64,000 nt of DNA from an uncultured Desulfobacteraceae bacterium (GCA_964548365.1 CAZJRD010000011.1:4425-68424), one strand, 5' to 3'; positions 44,353-54,256 are shown, numbered from the stretch's first letter. The notes: generated by a model not told the origin, from the letters alone. Translations and numbers: made by a program.

Positions 44353-44430
44353 ACTGTCCACCTCCTTTTCAATAATAATGATTGACTCCAACGAACTTCT
44401 TGAAAAATATTCTTTCTGACCTCAGCAGCT

Positions 44431-44439
44431 ATTATAGCA
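44431..44439 (-). promoter_or_regulatory. Extended -10 promoter candidate (TGcTATAAT) for the DUF5320 / bEBP unit
   Basis: Minus strand TGCTATAAT. The -35 is weak. Confidence 0.3.
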
Positions 44440-44533
44440 CAGAGTACTTTGGACCTCCGCCACCCTCTGGTGGAACCCATGTGATGTTTTCATAAGGATC
44501 TTTAATGTCGCATGTCTTGCAATGAAGGCAGTT

Positions 44534-44566
44534 AAAAGAGAGGGCAGAGATTCCAATCCACTGCCC
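44534..44566 (-). terminator. Intrinsic terminator candidate after trxA
   Basis: Minus-strand stem GGGCAG / CTGCCC with a 13-nt loop, followed by CTCTCTTTTAA. Confidence 0.45.
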
Positions 44567-44601
44567 CCAAATCCCTTGGAAACCCCTTTATCAGCTACTG
44601 C

Positions 44602-44919
44602 TCAAAGAATGGACTCGATTTTCTCTGTAATCATTGATTCCGGGACCGCTCCTATGATTTCATCTATCCTTTTTCCGTCTTTGAAAAACATCAGCGTGGG
44701 GATGCTCATGATCCCGTAGTTCATTGCCGTTCCTTGGGCTTCATCAACATTCATCTTACAAAACTTGAATTTGCCGTCGTAATCCCCGGAAAGTTTCTCA
44801 ACAGTCGGCGAAACCATGTGGCAAGGGCCACACCACGGTGCCCAGAAATCTACAAGGACCGGCATTTCCGATTTCAAGACCTCTTCCTCAAAATTCTGTT
44901 CAGTTATTTCGTTCACCAT
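44602..44919 (-). CDS. trxA: Thioredoxin
   Basis: 105 aa. WCGPC active site. Confidence 0.93.
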   Translation of the reverse strand: MVNEITEQNFEEEVLKSEMPVLVDFWAPWCGPCHMVSPTVEKLSGDYDGKFKFCKMNVDEAQGTAMNYGIMSIPTLMFFKDGKRIDEIIGAVPESMITEKIESIL

Positions 44920-44951
44920 TTTTTCTTTTCCTTTCTTTCCTTTTTGAAAAA

Positions 44952-45608
44952 TTATGCGTTATGCAGTTTATTCGCCTGATCAACGAGCAAGGATTTCAAC
45001 CGATCCAGGCTAATGGCATATGGTTGGATAGGGATGCCCATCCAATCGGAATATTCAAGGAAATCCTCGGGACGTTCCGCCATATAGCGGTCAATGTAAC
45101 CGATGCCGTCCAGGACGATCGCCCCTCCTGTATGCCGCGGGAAATTTTCATTCGCGAGCCCCTGGTCCCACCCCTTGAACACGTAGTGCCGAAATTTCAC
45201 CCAGCCCGGTGTCATCCACCAGACCTTTTCTCCACCTGCCAGTTCCTGGGCTATCCGCTCCCGTTCTTCTTCACTGGCCAGCATGTCCATGCAGTGGGTC
45301 GCGTCTATCCTTGAGACATTCGGCCCCATCTCCTCAATAATTTTTTTCATGGTCCGGTAAGGATCGTCGCTGTTCACGTAACAGAATTTTCCCCCATAAA
45401 CCACGAGGATCTTGTCCGCTTTCTCTTTTGCCTTGTTGACCCGATAAATCAACCGTTGCTCAAGTTCTTTTGGTATTTCGTGGAGGCCCGGGGTATTGTA
45501 AAAGATGTGTCTTGCATCCAGAAAGCCTTCCTTTTGCAAGTGGCTTAACTCCAAACTTATTGTTCCACACGCTACTATGGCTATATCTGAAAAAGATACC
45601 TGATCCAT
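44952..45608 (-). CDS. DUF1638-like protein
   Basis: 218 aa from ATG 45608 (SD aggagg). Family recalled from the overall pattern (IAIVACGT..., VVYGGKFC..., HCMDML). The longer ORF-track model overlaps the ferredoxin gene. Confidence 0.6.
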   Translation of the reverse strand: MDQVSFSDIAIVACGTISLELSHLQKEGFLDARHIFYNTPGLHEIPKELEQRLIYRVNKAKEKADKILVVYGGKFCYVNSDDPYRTMKKIIEEMGPNVSRIDATHCMDMLASEEERERIAQELAGGEKVWWMTPGWVKFRHYVFKGWDQGLANENFPRHTGGAIVLDGIGYIDRYMAERPEDFLEYSDWMGIPIQPYAISLDRLKSLLVDQANKLHNA

Positions 45609-45618
45609 CACATTCCTC

Positions 45619-45981
45619 CTATCCAAAATGATGAAACCTGCGTTCAAGTGTCCGGTGAAACTGATCCGAAATTTGGGAAGGCTGTAGAGAAAGCGCATCT
45701 TCGGGACATTCTCGAACACAGTATCCGCAACCGATACACCTTTCGGTATCCACTTGGGCCTGTTCGTGGATAGTGATCGCCTCCACAGGGCAGACAGAGT
45801 CACACATTCCACATCCAACACATTTCACCGTATCTACGAAGGCCTTCCATTGGGGTTGGATCGACTGAAGCTTCCGGGCCTTTCCGATCCGCCTCTCCAG
45901 TGTTGCCAGCCGCTCCTTTATTACTCCAACCCTCGCCTTCAGCTCTTGAATCTCTTTTTCACGACCGACTTCATTTTCCAT
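45619..45981 (-). CDS. 2x[4Fe-4S] ferredoxin-domain protein with coiled-coil N-terminus
   Basis: CVGCGMCDSVCP and CIGCGYCVRECP. ATG 45981 lies 17 nt after the upstream stop. Confidence 0.75.
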   Translation of the reverse strand: MENEVGREKEIQELKARVGVIKERLATLERRIGKARKLQSIQPQWKAFVDTVKCVGCGMCDSVCPVEAITIHEQAQVDTERCIGCGYCVRECPEDALSLQPSQISDQFHRTLERRFHHFG

Positions 45982-45997
45982 TTTTCGTCCCCTGACT

Positions 45998-47908
45998 TCA
46001 CAACTGGCGAGCCAGCTCGTAGCCGCTTTGAATCGCGCTGAAAATATCCTGCACCTGATTTGCATCACCAATGATTTCTATCCTGGAGACCGCATTTTTT
46101 ATCTCCCGGTCAGGTCCTTTCGCCGAATTCATTCCCGAGGAGAGAATGACCGTCTGGAAAGGTTGAAGAGACTTCTGAAACCCGCCCTGTTCCATTTCAA
46201 CCTCTCCAGCAGAAAATTTCTTCACCGTGGTATGGGGCATAAGAGTCACCTTGGTTATTTTTGCGAGCCGCATGAGGAGTAGTTTCCTCGTGATCATCTC
46301 CATCATGCTCCCGATAGGATCTGTCCGTTTCGTGGCCACCACTTCATAGCCCTGTTTGCCCAGTTTCTCCGCGATTTCCAGCCCGACTCTTCCTGCGCCG
46401 ATCACCAACACTCTCGGCCCCAGGACCTCTTTCTCTCCTTTGAAGTATTCAAGAGACGTCAGCACTTGCTGATCCTGAAGCCCGGGGATGTCCGGGATGT
46501 TTTGCACCGCTCCGGTGGCCCACACCAGCAATTCCGGCGCCTGTTCCTGCACAAGAGCCGCATCAGCTTTCCTGTTGAGCATGACTGAAACCGGACTTTT
46601 CATGACCTGGTGCTCGAGGGCCTTGAGACCCGCTTCCATGCCCGACTTGCCAGGCGCCTGCCAGGCAAGGGTAAATTGTCCTCCCAGCTGATCACCCGCC
46701 TCTGCCAGGGTAACCTGGTGTCCCCGCTTTGAGAGGTAAAGGGCGGCGCTCATGCCCGCAGGCCCGCCGCCGGCAACAAGGACCTTCAATGGATTGACCG
46801 CCTGCTCCAATGGGGGCAACCCCACCTCCGGATTCAGGTTGCATCCGAGGGGATTTCCGCTTTTCAGACGATGGAGGCACCCCTGGAGACAGTACCCGCA
46901 GGACATGACCTCTTCTTCCCGGCTGTCCCGCCATTTTTCAACCAGATCCGGGTCAGCGATCAAGGGCCTTCCCAGCGCCACAAGATCCGCAAGGTTTTGT
47001 TCTATCACTTCCAGGACTTTTTCTTTTCTGCCCATCCTCCCGGCTGCAATGACAGGCAAGGAGGTTTGCCCGCGAACCCAGGACAGGGAATCCATCTGAG
47101 GCTTTTCAGGAAGACTGCCATGGTGGAAGTACCAGGGCGGGCTGAAGCAGGAATTTCCCATGCCCACGTGAATCGCTGCGATCTCCTCTTGATCAGCCAG
47201 GTGCAGGAGCGACGCCAGGTCTTCCCGGCTGATCCCAGATTCCGGGGACATCTCGTTTCCGGAAATCCGCAAGATGAGAGGGATATGGGGAGCCCCTTCT
47301 TTCACCTTTGACAACACCTCCCTGGCAAACAACCGACGATCTTCACCGAAGTCATCTTCTCTTTTGTTTATCTTGCTGTTAAGAAACTGTGACACCAGAT
47401 ACCCGTGGCCCCCCTGGACTTCTATCACATCAAACCTTGCGGTCACTGCCTTCGCCGCGGCAGCTCTGTATCCGTCAAGAATTTCCTGGATTTCATCCAC
47501 TGTCAGGGCTGTGGATTCCTGCCCTGTAGTGAGACACGTGATCGTTGATGGAGCCCTTGGTTGCCCGCCCGACGCCTTAGGATTTGCCGCCGCACCCGCA
47601 TGGTTCAGGTGGAGGCTCGCGAGCCGCCCTTGTCCGTGTATCACATCAACGATTTTCTGCAACTCGGCAGCACTCCCGGGCAGATGGACACAAAGCTGCT
47701 TTGGATGTTCTCTTCCGTCCGGCGTAACTGCAACGGGTTCCAGGATAATCAGGGCGGGCCCGTCTTTTGCGATCTGGCTGTAAAAGAGCAGTTGGCGGTC
47801 TGTTACTCTGCCATCCGGGTTCCCATATCCAAGCTTTATGGGTGGAAAAATAAACCGGTTCACCAGTTTCTTATCGCCTATTGTATATGGTCCAAACATC
47901 CTTTCCAT
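45998..47908 (-). CDS. OYE-like FMN oxidoreductase fused to an FAD/NAD(P) domain (2,4-dienoyl-CoA-reductase-like architecture)
   Basis: N-terminal OYE barrel pattern, CGYCLQGC Fe-S motif, GGGPAGMSAA and GAGRVGLE dinucleotide folds. ATG 47908 with SD aggagg. Confidence 0.8.
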   Translation of the reverse strand: MERMFGPYTIGDKKLVNRFIFPPIKLGYGNPDGRVTDRQLLFYSQIAKDGPALIILEPVAVTPDGREHPKQLCVHLPGSAAELQKIVDVIHGQGRLASLHLNHAGAAANPKASGGQPRAPSTITCLTTGQESTALTVDEIQEILDGYRAAAAKAVTARFDVIEVQGGHGYLVSQFLNSKINKREDDFGEDRRLFAREVLSKVKEGAPHIPLILRISGNEMSPESGISREDLASLLHLADQEEIAAIHVGMGNSCFSPPWYFHHGSLPEKPQMDSLSWVRGQTSLPVIAAGRMGRKEKVLEVIEQNLADLVALGRPLIADPDLVEKWRDSREEEVMSCGYCLQGCLHRLKSGNPLGCNLNPEVGLPPLEQAVNPLKVLVAGGGPAGMSAALYLSKRGHQVTLAEAGDQLGGQFTLAWQAPGKSGMEAGLKALEHQVMKSPVSVMLNRKADAALVQEQAPELLVWATGAVQNIPDIPGLQDQQVLTSLEYFKGEKEVLGPRVLVIGAGRVGLEIAEKLGKQGYEVVATKRTDPIGSMMEMITRKLLLMRLAKITKVTLMPHTTVKKFSAGEVEMEQGGFQKSLQPFQTVILSSGMNSAKGPDREIKNAVSRIEIIGDANQVQDIFSAIQSGYELARQL

Positions 47909-47962
47909 AAAGGACCTCCTCTTGGGACTGGCCAATTCATTTGATTATCAGCTCTCTATTAG

Positions 47963-47978
47963 AGCACAATATGTGCCA
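47963..47978 (-). promoter_or_regulatory. Sigma54 -24/-12 promoter (OYE-ferredoxin-DUF1638-trxA operon)
   Basis: Minus strand TGGCACATATTGTGCT. About 45-nt leader. Lies directly downstream of the NtrC-type regulator gene. Confidence 0.75.
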
Positions 47979-48169
47979 ATCACATACAGATGCAAAAATC
48001 AAGTGGTTTCAATTGGTTATGAAAGACCTGATCACATAATTAAGGTTTTAAAAGAAGAATATAGAAAAACTTCGAAATGGTTTTTAGAAGATTTTCAAAA
48101 TGGCTTTACTTCCCTGGTAGACAGCCGGCATTATTAAATCCCGAAAAGATGAAGCGTGCACCGTGACTC

Positions 48170-49558
48170 TTACAACCCGAGCAGTTTCTTTCTCCGGTAG
48201 CGGAAGGTGTGGTGATTCATGTTCAACAGCCGCGCGGCCTTGCTCTCATTCCCCCCGGCCAGCTTGAACGCCTGCTCAATGTAATGCCTTTCAAAGGCTT
48301 CTTTTGCCTCATCCAGCTCCATCCCTTCCTTGGGAAAGGGTGGAAAAGGCATTATTTCCCCTTTTAGTGGTCCTTGTTCCGCGCCCGGTTTTTTTGCGAT
48401 ACCAAGATTTTCCATGGTGAGGACAGGACCGCTGCCTATGAGAACGCCTCGTTCAATCAGGTTCCTCAGTTCCCGCACGTGGCCTGTCCACGTGTGGTCA
48501 AGCAGCCCGTTTTCGGCATCTTTTGACAGTGTACTTATTTTCTTCCCGAATTTTGCGGTGAATTCCAGCAGGAATGTACGCGCAAGTGGAATGATATCAT
48601 CCTTACGTTCGTTTAACGACGGGACCTCTACCCTGATAACTCCCAGCCTGAAATAGAGATCCTTCCTGAACTGACCTCTTTTCACCATGTCTTCCAGGTT
48701 TTTATTGGTAGCGGAGACCACCCTTGTCTGCACCTTGCGCTGCCTGGTCCCGCCCACCCGGTAAAACTGGCCATCTTCCAGAAACCGGAGCAACTTGGCC
48801 TGGGCCTCCTGGCTGAGATCACCCACCTCGTCAAGGAACAAGGTCCCTCCCGCCGCCTTTTCAACCAAACCGATCTTGCCCGAAGGACTTGCCCCGCTGA
48901 AGGCACCCTTCTCGTACCCGAAAAGTTCACTCTCCACGAGATCCTTGGGGATGGCAGCGCAATTGACCGTCACTATGGACCCCCGGAAATTCGGACTCCG
49001 GTAATGGATCGCGCTCGCAATCAGCTCTTTCCCGGTTCCGGTCTCTCCGATAATCAGGATAGGCGTGTCAGGGCTCTTCGCCACCTGTTCGATAAATTCC
49101 ATTACATCCTGGATCGCATTGCTTTCGCCAATAAAACAGGGGAGATTCTCCTTCAGGTACTTCTCCTGGAGCGCCTGGACCTCCTTTTTCAGCTTTACCG
49201 TCTCCAGTGCGTTCCGGATACTTACTTCCAGGGCATCCATGTGAATGGGCTTTACCACGTAATCATGGGCGCCCAGTTTCATGGCTGATATGACAGTTTG
49301 TACGTCCTCATAAGCGGTTATCATGATAACCGGTATATCGCTGTTCCCTCTCTTTATTTCTTTGAGGGCTTGTATACCGTCCATCCCGGGCAGGCCGATA
49401 TCCAGCAGGATCAGGTCAGGCGGTTCACTTCCCATGTCCTCGAGGGCGGATTCCGCCGTTGCAAACGGTTTGATGGAATACTCCCCTTCCAGGGCCACCG
49501 CTATTCCCTCCCTAATGACTTCCTCGTCGTCAATCACAAAGATGGTACACCTAGTCAT
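48170..49558 (-). CDS. NtrC-family sigma54-dependent response regulator (REC - AAA+ - HTH)
   Basis: Receiver (VIDDEE..LLDIGLPGMDG), Walker A GETGTGKE, GAFSGA loop, C-terminal Fis-type HTH. The ATG overlaps the kinase stop (TGATG). Confidence 0.92.
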   Translation of the reverse strand: MTRCTIFVIDDEEVIREGIAVALEGEYSIKPFATAESALEDMGSEPPDLILLDIGLPGMDGIQALKEIKRGNSDIPVIMITAYEDVQTVISAMKLGAHDYVVKPIHMDALEVSIRNALETVKLKKEVQALQEKYLKENLPCFIGESNAIQDVMEFIEQVAKSPDTPILIIGETGTGKELIASAIHYRSPNFRGSIVTVNCAAIPKDLVESELFGYEKGAFSGASPSGKIGLVEKAAGGTLFLDEVGDLSQEAQAKLLRFLEDGQFYRVGGTRQRKVQTRVVSATNKNLEDMVKRGQFRKDLYFRLGVIRVEVPSLNERKDDIIPLARTFLLEFTAKFGKKISTLSKDAENGLLDHTWTGHVRELRNLIERGVLIGSGPVLTMENLGIAKKPGAEQGPLKGEIMPFPPFPKEGMELDEAKEAFERHYIEQAFKLAGGNESKAARLLNMNHHTFRYRRKKLLGL

Positions 49559-51192
49559 CAAGTCTTCTGCCCTCCCTTTCGACAGGGTATTTCAATCAGG
49601 AATTCTGCGCCACCCCATTCGCTGGTCGATACACTTAAAGACCCGCCGTGATCCACGACTATTCTGTGGCTGAGGCTCAGACCGATGCCCGTGCCCCCGT
49701 CTTTCGTGCTGAAAAAGGGATCAAAAACCTGCTCCCTGAGATCCAGGGGAATTCCCGGCCCTGAATCGGCTATTCTCACAAATATGGACTCACTTCCGGC
49801 AAAAGAACTCACCTCCACTTTTCTTTTACCCTCCGTATTTCTCAGGGCCTCGACAGCATTGGTAATCAGATTCAGGATGACCTCTTCCATGAGATGCTTG
49901 TCAAAGGTACACTCTGGTAGGTCCTCCAGAAGGTTTTTTTCGAGACTGATCTGACTTTTTCTTAAGGTCACCGCGGAGAGAGAAATGGCATCTTCGATAG
50001 GGCCGTTTATATTCGCCAGAATAAAATTGGGGCGGCCAGGCCTGGAAAAATCAATGACTCTCTTCACAACCGACTCAATCTTATTCGAGGCAGATTGAAT
50101 GTGATTGAGGATATCATCGGCCTTCTCCAGATCCATTCCTCGCTCCAGAAGCCTTTCGAGGGTCTTCAGGTAGATATTAATACCAGACAATGGATTCCGA
50201 ATCTCATGGGCGATTCCTGCGGCAACACGCCCCAGAGAAGTCATCTTGTCCTGGATCCTCACCAGGTGCTCAAGTTCTTTGGAGCGGGTAATGTCCATCA
50301 TGTTGACGAGTGTTGCATCTTTTCCCTGGTAGTGTATCTGGGATGCGTAGCAATAGATCCATTTCATGCCGAGGCGGCAGTCCGGTCTGGTAACGGGGCA
50401 CAACCTGAAGTCTGCACTGAGCGTCTTAGCTTTGCCCTCAGCGACATTGTTGCACATTGTCCTGACCTTCTCCACGTCCTCGGGATGCAGGCCTTCGAAC
50501 GTTCCCAGGTCAAATGATCGGGGAAGCGGTCCCAGCAACTCTTTCTGCTGCGGATTCTGGTACACGACCTGATTGTCCTTGACAATAAAAATGCCAATAG
50601 GGCATTTCTCCAGGAGATCGCGAAAGCGTTCTTCGCTTTCAACCAAGGCCTTTGCGGCCTCCTCTTTCGCCTCTTCGAGCTCCAGGGCGCGCAAACCAAA
50701 AGCGATATCCATGGCAAGGTCTTTCAGGAGGGACTTCTCATCCTCATCATGCGTGACTTCCCGCAAAATGGAAAGAGACAAAACACCGTACACTCTCCCA
50801 TCGAGTACAAAAGGGACGGTGAGTGCCCCCCTTCCATGGTAATCCCCTGCAAGAGGGCAGCCCGTGCAGGTCGATACCGGATCATCCGTCTCCACAATAT
50901 CCTTTCTCGCCAAGGCCACGTCAAAACATGGCGGCTGATCTCCGCCGCGCATGAACGCCATTAATTGCGAAAACTTTGGGCCGATCCCGGCCTCCGCACC
51001 CATAGTCGCGTTTCCCTGTTCGTCCAGGAAAACAGCCCATGCGTTGTAGTACCCTCGATGTTGGATGAGCGCTCGGCATATACCGTTGAGGAGTCGCTCC
51101 CGGTTCTTTTCCTTGATAATAAGGCCACTCACATCCCGCATGGTCTGCAATACGAGATTGAGCCGTTCTATCTTTTTCCTATGATCTTCCAA
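49558..51192 (-). CDS. Cytoplasmic sensor histidine kinase (GAF-like, PAS, HisKA, HATPase)
   Basis: H-box AHEIRNPLSGI, G-boxes DSGPGIP and GTGIGLSLS. TTG start with SD ggaagga. No TM segment by eye. Confidence 0.88.
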   Translation of the reverse strand: MEDHRKKIERLNLVLQTMRDVSGLIIKEKNRERLLNGICRALIQHRGYYNAWAVFLDEQGNATMGAEAGIGPKFSQLMAFMRGGDQPPCFDVALARKDIVETDDPVSTCTGCPLAGDYHGRGALTVPFVLDGRVYGVLSLSILREVTHDEDEKSLLKDLAMDIAFGLRALELEEAKEEAAKALVESEERFRDLLEKCPIGIFIVKDNQVVYQNPQQKELLGPLPRSFDLGTFEGLHPEDVEKVRTMCNNVAEGKAKTLSADFRLCPVTRPDCRLGMKWIYCYASQIHYQGKDATLVNMMDITRSKELEHLVRIQDKMTSLGRVAAGIAHEIRNPLSGINIYLKTLERLLERGMDLEKADDILNHIQSASNKIESVVKRVIDFSRPGRPNFILANINGPIEDAISLSAVTLRKSQISLEKNLLEDLPECTFDKHLMEEVILNLITNAVEALRNTEGKRKVEVSSFAGSESIFVRIADSGPGIPLDLREQVFDPFFSTKDGGTGIGLSLSHRIVVDHGGSLSVSTSEWGGAEFLIEIPCRKGGQKT

Positions 51193-51222
51193 CTTTTATT
51201 CCTTCCGCCCCCCCTTCCCCTT

Positions 51223-53721
51223 TTATTGAGCTGCCAGATATTTCTGGTAAGCCAACATCATTTTGATTTCTCCATAGGAGTAGTCAGCCCCCAGGGCATT
51301 TTTTACTTCACTGAGGGAGTTATTGTGATCTGTAGCAAGTTCCTTTTCAATGGCCTGCTGTTTTTCAGGTGAAAGCAATTTGTTGATATCCAATTCGCCT
51401 TTTTCCAAAAAAAAGCTCAGATGCCCTTCAATGGTAGATTGTACCAGGCCTCTTTCTTGTGCAATCCGGGCAATAGTCAATCCGCTATTGAACATATCGA
51501 AACTTGTCTGTTTCGTGCTGATAGGTGGCGCCGCATCTTTTGCCGGAATATTTTTTTCAGGAAGTTTTTCAGGCTCCGGCAGTACGACCTTCTCTATCCC
51601 GTGTTTTTCGCGATAAGCCAAAACCAGTTTCACAAGTTCTTCACCGTATTTCTCAATGGTTTTCTTGCCGACACCATTTATTTTTAGTAGATCAACGGTA
51701 TTGCCGGGCAGGCATGCCACAATCTGGAGCAGTACCTGTTGATGTAAAACTTGAAAATGGGCGACCTCATCCTCCTTGGCCTTGCGGGAACGCCAGTCCT
51801 TCAGGGTCTGGAACAGCTCCGGATGGGCAATGTCTGATTCGGTATAGGCCGGGGGCCGGCGCTTTTTTTCCTTTTCAGGGACAAAGTCAATTTCAGCGGC
51901 TGAAATAGCACGCAGGAAACTTGACGGTGTAAATCCTTTTTCACAGCATTGCATGCCGGCTACCTTTACGGCAATTTCCTTCTTAAGATTACTCAGGGCA
52001 TTTCCAATTTTTTTGCGAAGTTCGGTATTGTCTGTTTCTACGTGCAATTTTGGCACTGACCCTTCAAAAATCTCGGCAAACTTTCCCTGAAACCATACAG
52101 ATGCCTTGCTGATCCGTTCCAAAACAGCTGCATCTGACTCGGGCAAACCGCCATCGGCAAAAATTGTGCGCAACTGCCGCCCAAAATTTTCACTGACAAC
52201 AAAAATATCTTCCGTAGCCTTTTTCTCAAGTTGGCGGATATCTTCAACGCCTGAAACCTGAACCACCCTGGCATTAGCCGGTAAAAGCCGGACAAGATGA
52301 TTGAGATGGTTGCGCAATAAGGAAAAATCGAAACAATCAAGCAATAGCTTCTGCTGATAGCTGATTTTGGCTTTCTGAAGCCGGCTTTCAGACGGCGGGT
52401 TCTGACAAGCGTTTTCGTCAAAACGCATAATTGCTTCGTCCGTTTCTATCCCCCGGGATGAGAGGGGAGAGCTCAGCACCATGCCCCCTAAGGTTTTACA
52501 ACGGCTTAAGGCCACGTAAATCTGACCATGGGCAAAAGCTGCTTTGGCATCAATAATGGCCTTTTCAAAAGTCAGCCCCTGACTCTTGTGGATGGTGATT
52601 GCCCATGCAAGTTTCAGGGGATATTGCTTGAATTTACCGATTATCTCCTCTTCAATTTCCTTCGTTTCTTCGTTCAGTGTGTATTTGATATTTTCCCAAA
52701 TGATTGGTTCAACCACGATTTCCTGTTTGTCGCCGGGGCAGATAACGCGGATGTTTTTGCTCGAAATTTTGGTTATTTTGCCGATTTTACCATTGTAATA
52801 GAGTTTTTCAGCAGAGGGATCATTGCGCACAAACATCACCTGTGCCCCCTCTTTAAGCAGAAGAGTGGCCAGGGTCGGGTAGTTCTGTTCAGGAAAATCT
52901 CCGGAAATTTCAGCTTTGAAACGGTGTTCTTTTTTGGACAGGGCCTGAAGTCTGGTCTGATTGATGGATTCGGCGCTTCGGTTGTGGGTGGTTAGGGTAA
53001 TATAACCCTGATCTTCGGCCGGTGTAAAATCCTGAATGTAACGCCGATTAAGATCCGCTATGGATGATTCATCAAGCCGGTTATCCCGTACCCGATTCAG
53101 GAGCTTGATAAAACGGGCGTCCGACTGGCGAAAAATATGCGTCAATTCAATGGTAAGCAGTTCACCCAGCCCAAGGGCTTTGCTGTTAAAAAAATAAATT
53201 GACTCATAATATTGCTCCAAAAGGTCCCATTCATCTTGTTTTGCCACCGGAGAAAGCTGATGCAGATCGCCGATCAAAAGCAACTGCACACCGCCAAATG
53301 GCTGATTACTACGGCGATGGCTGCGCAGAACAGCATCCACCGCATCGAGTAAATCTGCCCGTACCATACTTATTTCGTCAATCACCAGCAAATCAAGGCT
53401 TTGTATAATCCGCTTTTTTTCTTTGCTGAACCTGAACTGGCGCTGTTTATTGCGCTCGTATGTCTCGCTGCCCGGTACAAACGGGCCAAAGGGCAGCTGA
53501 AAAAAAGAATGGAGTGTTACCCCGCCGGCATTGATAGCCGCAACACCGGTTGGAGCGGTGACAATCATCCGCTTCACTGCGTTCTTATGGAGATTATGGA
53601 GAAAGGTTGTTTTGCCGGTGCCCGCCTTCCCCGTCAGAAAAACATTGCAGCCGGTGTGCTGAACAAAGTCGTTGGCGAGTTGCAGTTCATGGTTTGCGGA
53701 GGACATGGTTTTCCCGGTCAT
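51223..53721 (-). CDS. Pif1/RecD-like SF1 helicase with C-terminal HRDC-like and HTH modules
   Basis: Walker A GKAGTGKTT, LLVIDEISMV Walker B, HKSQGLTF motif, an HRDC-like segment (LKINGVGKKTIEKYG), terminal HTH (LTIARIAQERGLVQSTIEGHL). Confidence 0.8.
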   Translation of the reverse strand: MTGKTMSSANHELQLANDFVQHTGCNVFLTGKAGTGKTTFLHNLHKNAVKRMIVTAPTGVAAINAGGVTLHSFFQLPFGPFVPGSETYERNKQRQFRFSKEKKRIIQSLDLLVIDEISMVRADLLDAVDAVLRSHRRSNQPFGGVQLLLIGDLHQLSPVAKQDEWDLLEQYYESIYFFNSKALGLGELLTIELTHIFRQSDARFIKLLNRVRDNRLDESSIADLNRRYIQDFTPAEDQGYITLTTHNRSAESINQTRLQALSKKEHRFKAEISGDFPEQNYPTLATLLLKEGAQVMFVRNDPSAEKLYYNGKIGKITKISSKNIRVICPGDKQEIVVEPIIWENIKYTLNEETKEIEEEIIGKFKQYPLKLAWAITIHKSQGLTFEKAIIDAKAAFAHGQIYVALSRCKTLGGMVLSSPLSSRGIETDEAIMRFDENACQNPPSESRLQKAKISYQQKLLLDCFDFSLLRNHLNHLVRLLPANARVVQVSGVEDIRQLEKKATEDIFVVSENFGRQLRTIFADGGLPESDAAVLERISKASVWFQGKFAEIFEGSVPKLHVETDNTELRKKIGNALSNLKKEIAVKVAGMQCCEKGFTPSSFLRAISAAEIDFVPEKEKKRRPPAYTESDIAHPELFQTLKDWRSRKAKEDEVAHFQVLHQQVLLQIVACLPGNTVDLLKINGVGKKTIEKYGEELVKLVLAYREKHGIEKVVLPEPEKLPEKNIPAKDAAPPISTKQTSFDMFNSGLTIARIAQERGLVQSTIEGHLSFFLEKGELDINKLLSPEKQQAIEKELATDHNNSLSEVKNALGADYSYGEIKMMLAYQKYLAAQ

Positions 53722-53769
53722 GCGCGTTATCGTCGATGGCCTCGTAACTCAAAGTGATAAATACATTTT

Positions 53770-54141
53770 TCACGCTAATCCGCGATGATCCGGTTTTTGA
53801 AGTTCTGACAACAAGTCCCGACTCGCAACGGCCTCACCGATGTTGTCTTCTGTGAATAACTTTCCGGTTGGACCAATTACACGTGCGCCTTGCTCTATAC
53901 AGCGGCTCGCAAGCGGAATGTCAGTGGTGACCACGATGTCGTGAGGTTCCACGTGTTCGACAATCCAATCATCGGCCGCGTCGCATCCGTTCCCCACAAC
54001 TTCGAGTGCGATCCATGGTTCATTCGGGATTCGCATCCAGGAGTTGGCCACCAATGTGACATTAAGGCGGCATCGGCTTGCGACGCGGTATACCTCCGGT
54101 TTGACCGGACATGCATCAGCGTCGACAAAGATGTGCAGCAA
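53770..54141 (-). CDS. yaiI: YaiI/YqxD family protein (UPF0178)
   Basis: IFVDADACP N-terminal signature. TTG start with SD gggagg. Confidence 0.75.
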   Translation of the reverse strand: MLHIFVDADACPVKPEVYRVASRCRLNVTLVANSWMRIPNEPWIALEVVGNGCDAADDWIVEHVEPHDIVVTTDIPLASRCIEQGARVIGPTGKLFTEDNIGEAVASRDLLSELQKPDHRGLA

Positions 54142-54256
54142 ACGAAGATCCTCCCATCACCCCGGATCCGGTCCGAGACCCGCCTATTCCGTGCAAGGTT
54201 CAAGACCTGACCCCCGAATCCACTTTGAGATAGCAGTGTGCCTGCGGGAAGTCTCT

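Noticed and set aside
44127-44480. 117-aa ORF overlapping the DUF5320-like gene in another frame.
   Set aside because: The DUF5320 frame has the family-typical MPRGDGTGP start, the zinc-ribbon end and a strong SD. The overlapping frame has none of these and spans a predicted promoter.
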